A stretch of DNA of 64,000 bases from sequence record MT682710.1. The stretch is one strand, 5' to 3'. Positions 61,991-64,000 of this stretch are shown here, one piece after another; the first letter of the stretch is position 1, and each line of letters opens with the position of its first letter. The stretch is from Escherichia phage vB_EcoM_FT. The notes under the pieces were generated by a model, which saw nothing but the letters and a program-made list of their open reading frames with translations, ran no database searches and was not told the DNA's origin. The position numbers and the translations under genes are program-made.

Positions 61991-62020
61991 ACTATACCAT
62001 AACCTTGCCAACTTGTAAAC
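61991..62020 (-). promoter_or_regulatory. early promoter (GTTTAC-N18-TATAGT)
   Basis: followed by AAGGAG and a 34-codon mini-ORF. Confidence 0.5.
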
Positions 62021-62185
62021 CATTAAATGACGTTTTCAATAAAATTCTGAAGCTTTGTGTGAGCATCAACCATGATTTTCATTTCTTCTTTGGCGAAAGC
62101 TGTACCTCTTTCCCGAGCAGAATACTCATAGTCAGAAACTGCGTTAGCATATTCTTCAATTAGTTTCATTAAAAACATCTGCTTT

Positions 62186-62380
62186 TCAGTTTTCATTATT
62201 CCACCTAATCATTTCAAGATATTGAACTAACTTAGCTTTGGATTTATCCAAATCCTTTTTAGCTGCTTCTATACCGTCGTATGAATATCCTTCACAATGC
62301 TCAACTGCTAATTGATATGAATCTATTTCAATATCACGTGCTAATTTAATGATTTTTTCAAACTGTTCGCGTGTTAGCAT
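62186..62380 (-). CDS. hypothetical protein
   Basis: 64-aa ORF. Confidence 0.45.
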   Translation of the reverse strand: MLTREQFEKIIKLARDIEIDSYQLAVEHCEGYSYDGIEAAKKDLDKSKAKLVQYLEMIRWNNEN

Positions 62381-62382
62381 AC

Positions 62383-62622
62383 TTAAACTCTCGTATTATG
62401 ATCGATAATTTCATCAAGAAACATATCTAACGCTTCTACAGCATTATTAACTTTATCTTCAAGTTCTTCAATACTTTTATTTGCAATTCCTGACGAAAAC
62501 CAAGCAAAGTCACTAAGTTCCTCATCTGCTTTACGAATTAAAGCTACCAATTCCTTAATTTTATCCGCTTGTTCGATACTAATCATTATTCTACCACATA
62601 TGAAAGAGAGAATATTGCACAC
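62383..62622 (-). CDS. hypothetical protein
   Basis: 79-aa ORF. Confidence 0.45.
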
Positions 62623-62774
62623 GCCATGTGAGTTGCAACTTCATCACACATATTATAACGTTTCTTAAGAAGTTCTACAAGTTCTTCACTAGTAACTTCA
62701 TCCATGTCGACGAAAAAATCACCATTAATGATGACGTAGATATTTCCTTCTTGATTAAGTGCTTCAATTTTCAT
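62586..62774 (-). CDS. hypothetical protein (62 aa)
   Basis: ATG at 62774 with AGAGGAG RBS; longer track ORF would start inside promoter 62803..62832. Confidence 0.45.
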
Positions 62775-62802
62775 GATGTTCTCCTCTTTATCTGATAGTT
62801 GT

Positions 62803-62832
62803 ATAGTATCACAGCTCAAATGGAAAGTAAAC
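62803..62832 (-). promoter_or_regulatory. early promoter (GTTTAC-N18-TACTAT) paired with hairpin
   Basis: downstream of hairpin 62848..62865. Confidence 0.55.
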
Positions 62833-62847
62833 CGGTAAAATGAAAAA

Positions 62848-62865
62848 AGTCTCCCGAAGGAGACT
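62848..62865 (-). terminator. GC stem-loop with UUCG-type tetraloop downstream of rI.-1
   Basis: agtctcccgaaggagact. Confidence 0.55.
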
Positions 62866-62869
62866 AATG

Positions 62870-63256
62870 TTATTCGAGGGAAAGAAGATACTTACTCTGG
62901 TAAAACATTCCAGTAATATCATCTATCGTGCTTTGAATGGCTGGAGGCATTTCTTTGTAAATGCTGTTAGATTGGTCTAGTATGCGATCAATCATTTTAA
63001 CTGTATCAGTAGGAAGTTTACTGGCATCCGGAATTGACGGTGTGTATTTTCTACCAGAATACCCCAAATATTGCTCACCAAATTTATCAATCAAATCTGG
63101 CAACTCAGAGAAAATAAAATCGTATGCTTTGTGTCTAGCATAACTTTTAGTTTCAAAATGCGCAGAATGAAAATAAGCTTGCGCAGCCATTAATAAACCT
63201 AAGTATTCATCTGCCTTTGAAGGTTTTCCGCTTTGTGAAAAGTCGCTGAATTTCAT
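62870..63256 (-). CDS. hypothetical protein rI.-1
   Basis: 128-aa ORF immediately downstream of rI as in T4. Confidence 0.6.
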
Positions 63257-63546
63257 TCAGTCTCCAATTTAATGTTCATAATTCTAGCGTATGATTGTGC
63301 CATCTCCGCGCCTCGTTCTATACATTCAAAATCGGAAGAGCACGGGTCATTTTTATAAGTCGTTCGCATAAAACTATAGAACTGTTCAGATGATTCTACG
63401 CTTTTATTTTCAAAAAGCATATAAACGTGTCTAATACCAGATTCCATAAATTTATCAAAATGAGGATCGACATTCGCTTCAATTGGTGGAGATAAAGCAA
63501 ACGCTAATCCTAGCATGGCAAATAGTGCCGTTGCTTTTAAGGCCAT
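63253..63546 (-). CDS. rI: lysis inhibition regulator rI (periplasmic, signal-anchored)
   Basis: 97-aa ORF with N-terminal hydrophobic segment MALKATALFAMLGLAFALS; T4 rI size and position. Confidence 0.8.
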   Translation of the reverse strand: MALKATALFAMLGLAFALSPPIEANVDPHFDKFMESGIRHVYMLFENKSVESSEQFYSFMRTTYKNDPCSSDFECIERGAEMAQSYARIMNIKLETE

Positions 63547-63558
63547 AAAGGCCTCCTA

Positions 63559-63771
63559 TCATTTTTGTCCTGTATTTACTTTATGCCGATGCACGGCCTT
63601 AACTTTATCAAGGTATTTTTCAAAATTTCGCAATCTAGTATAGTCTGCCGGAGATTGGTTGAGTGATACTTCTCGACGCAAAGCTGAAATGATATTTCCA
63701 ACTTCCCTACGAATTTCATCTAATTGAAGCACAGTAAGATTGCGAAGTTGCTTTTCAGTTAATTGTAGCAT
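63559..63771 (-). CDS. hypothetical protein (rI.1 position)
   Basis: 70-aa ORF. Confidence 0.5.
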
Positions 63772-63813
63772 ATATACCCCTTTAGTTAGATAAACCTATT
63801 TATAACTTTTGCA

Positions 63814-64000
63814 CTAACCGAGCTTTTTAGTTAATTCATTCCAATGTTTTCTACACAAAGAAACATAAATTTCATCACCAATACAGATTTGATTACCTTC
63901 TTTAACTGGTGTTCCATCTTCCATTAATCGAGCTGTCATAATCGCTTTTTTACCACAATGACAAACTGCCTTTAGTTCAATAAGTTTATCTGCAATCGCT
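63814..64000 (-). CDS. tk: thymidine kinase, C-terminal part (gene continues beyond window end)
   Basis: hand-translated C-terminus with [13 protein letters not shown]...[18 protein letters not shown]-type zinc ribbon; stop near 63814. Confidence 0.6.
   Translation of the reverse strand, partial: AIADKLIELKAVCHCGKKAIMTARLMEDGTPVKEGNQICIGDEIYVSLCRKHWNELTKKLG

Overview
This 64-kb window is a contiguous stretch of a T-even (T4-like, Tequatrovirus) phage genome. It covers the early/middle replication and host-takeover region: topoisomerase gene 52, ndd, denB, rIIB/rIIA, topoisomerase 39, motB, dexA, dda, srd, modA/modB, soc, 56, dam, primase 61, helicase 41, uvsX, 42, DNA polymerase 43, regA, 62/44/45, rpbA, 46/47, a-gt, 55, nrdH/G/D, 49, nrdC, rI and the 3' end of tk. 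All but one predicted gene are on the minus strand, tightly packed with many overlapping stop/start couplings, and punctuated by repeated sigma70-type early promoters (GTTTAC-N18-TAtaaT) and GC-rich UUCG-type hairpins. Comparisons with T4 are from memory, not from a search; on that basis the backbone is collinear with T4 but T2/T6-like at several loci (uninterrupted gene 39, a GT-A glycosyltransferase in place of beta-gt, no seg/mob homing-endonuclease genes, no nrdD intron). The most interesting candidates are: (1) a PD-(D/E)xK nuclease-like ORF translationally coupled to dam, with a divergent plus-strand small membrane ORF; (2) a promoter/hairpin-flanked cassette encoding a protein with a ModA-like R-S-ExE ADP-ribosyltransferase signature; (3) an accessory block with a predicted nucleotidyltransferase coupled to a membrane protein and two tandem paralogs; (4) a tandem array of paralogous coiled-coil proteins downstream of nrdC. 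No rRNA, tRNA, CRISPR array or IS element was seen. Coordinates of elements I derived by hand (small ORFs, promoters, hairpins) may be off by a few nucleotides.
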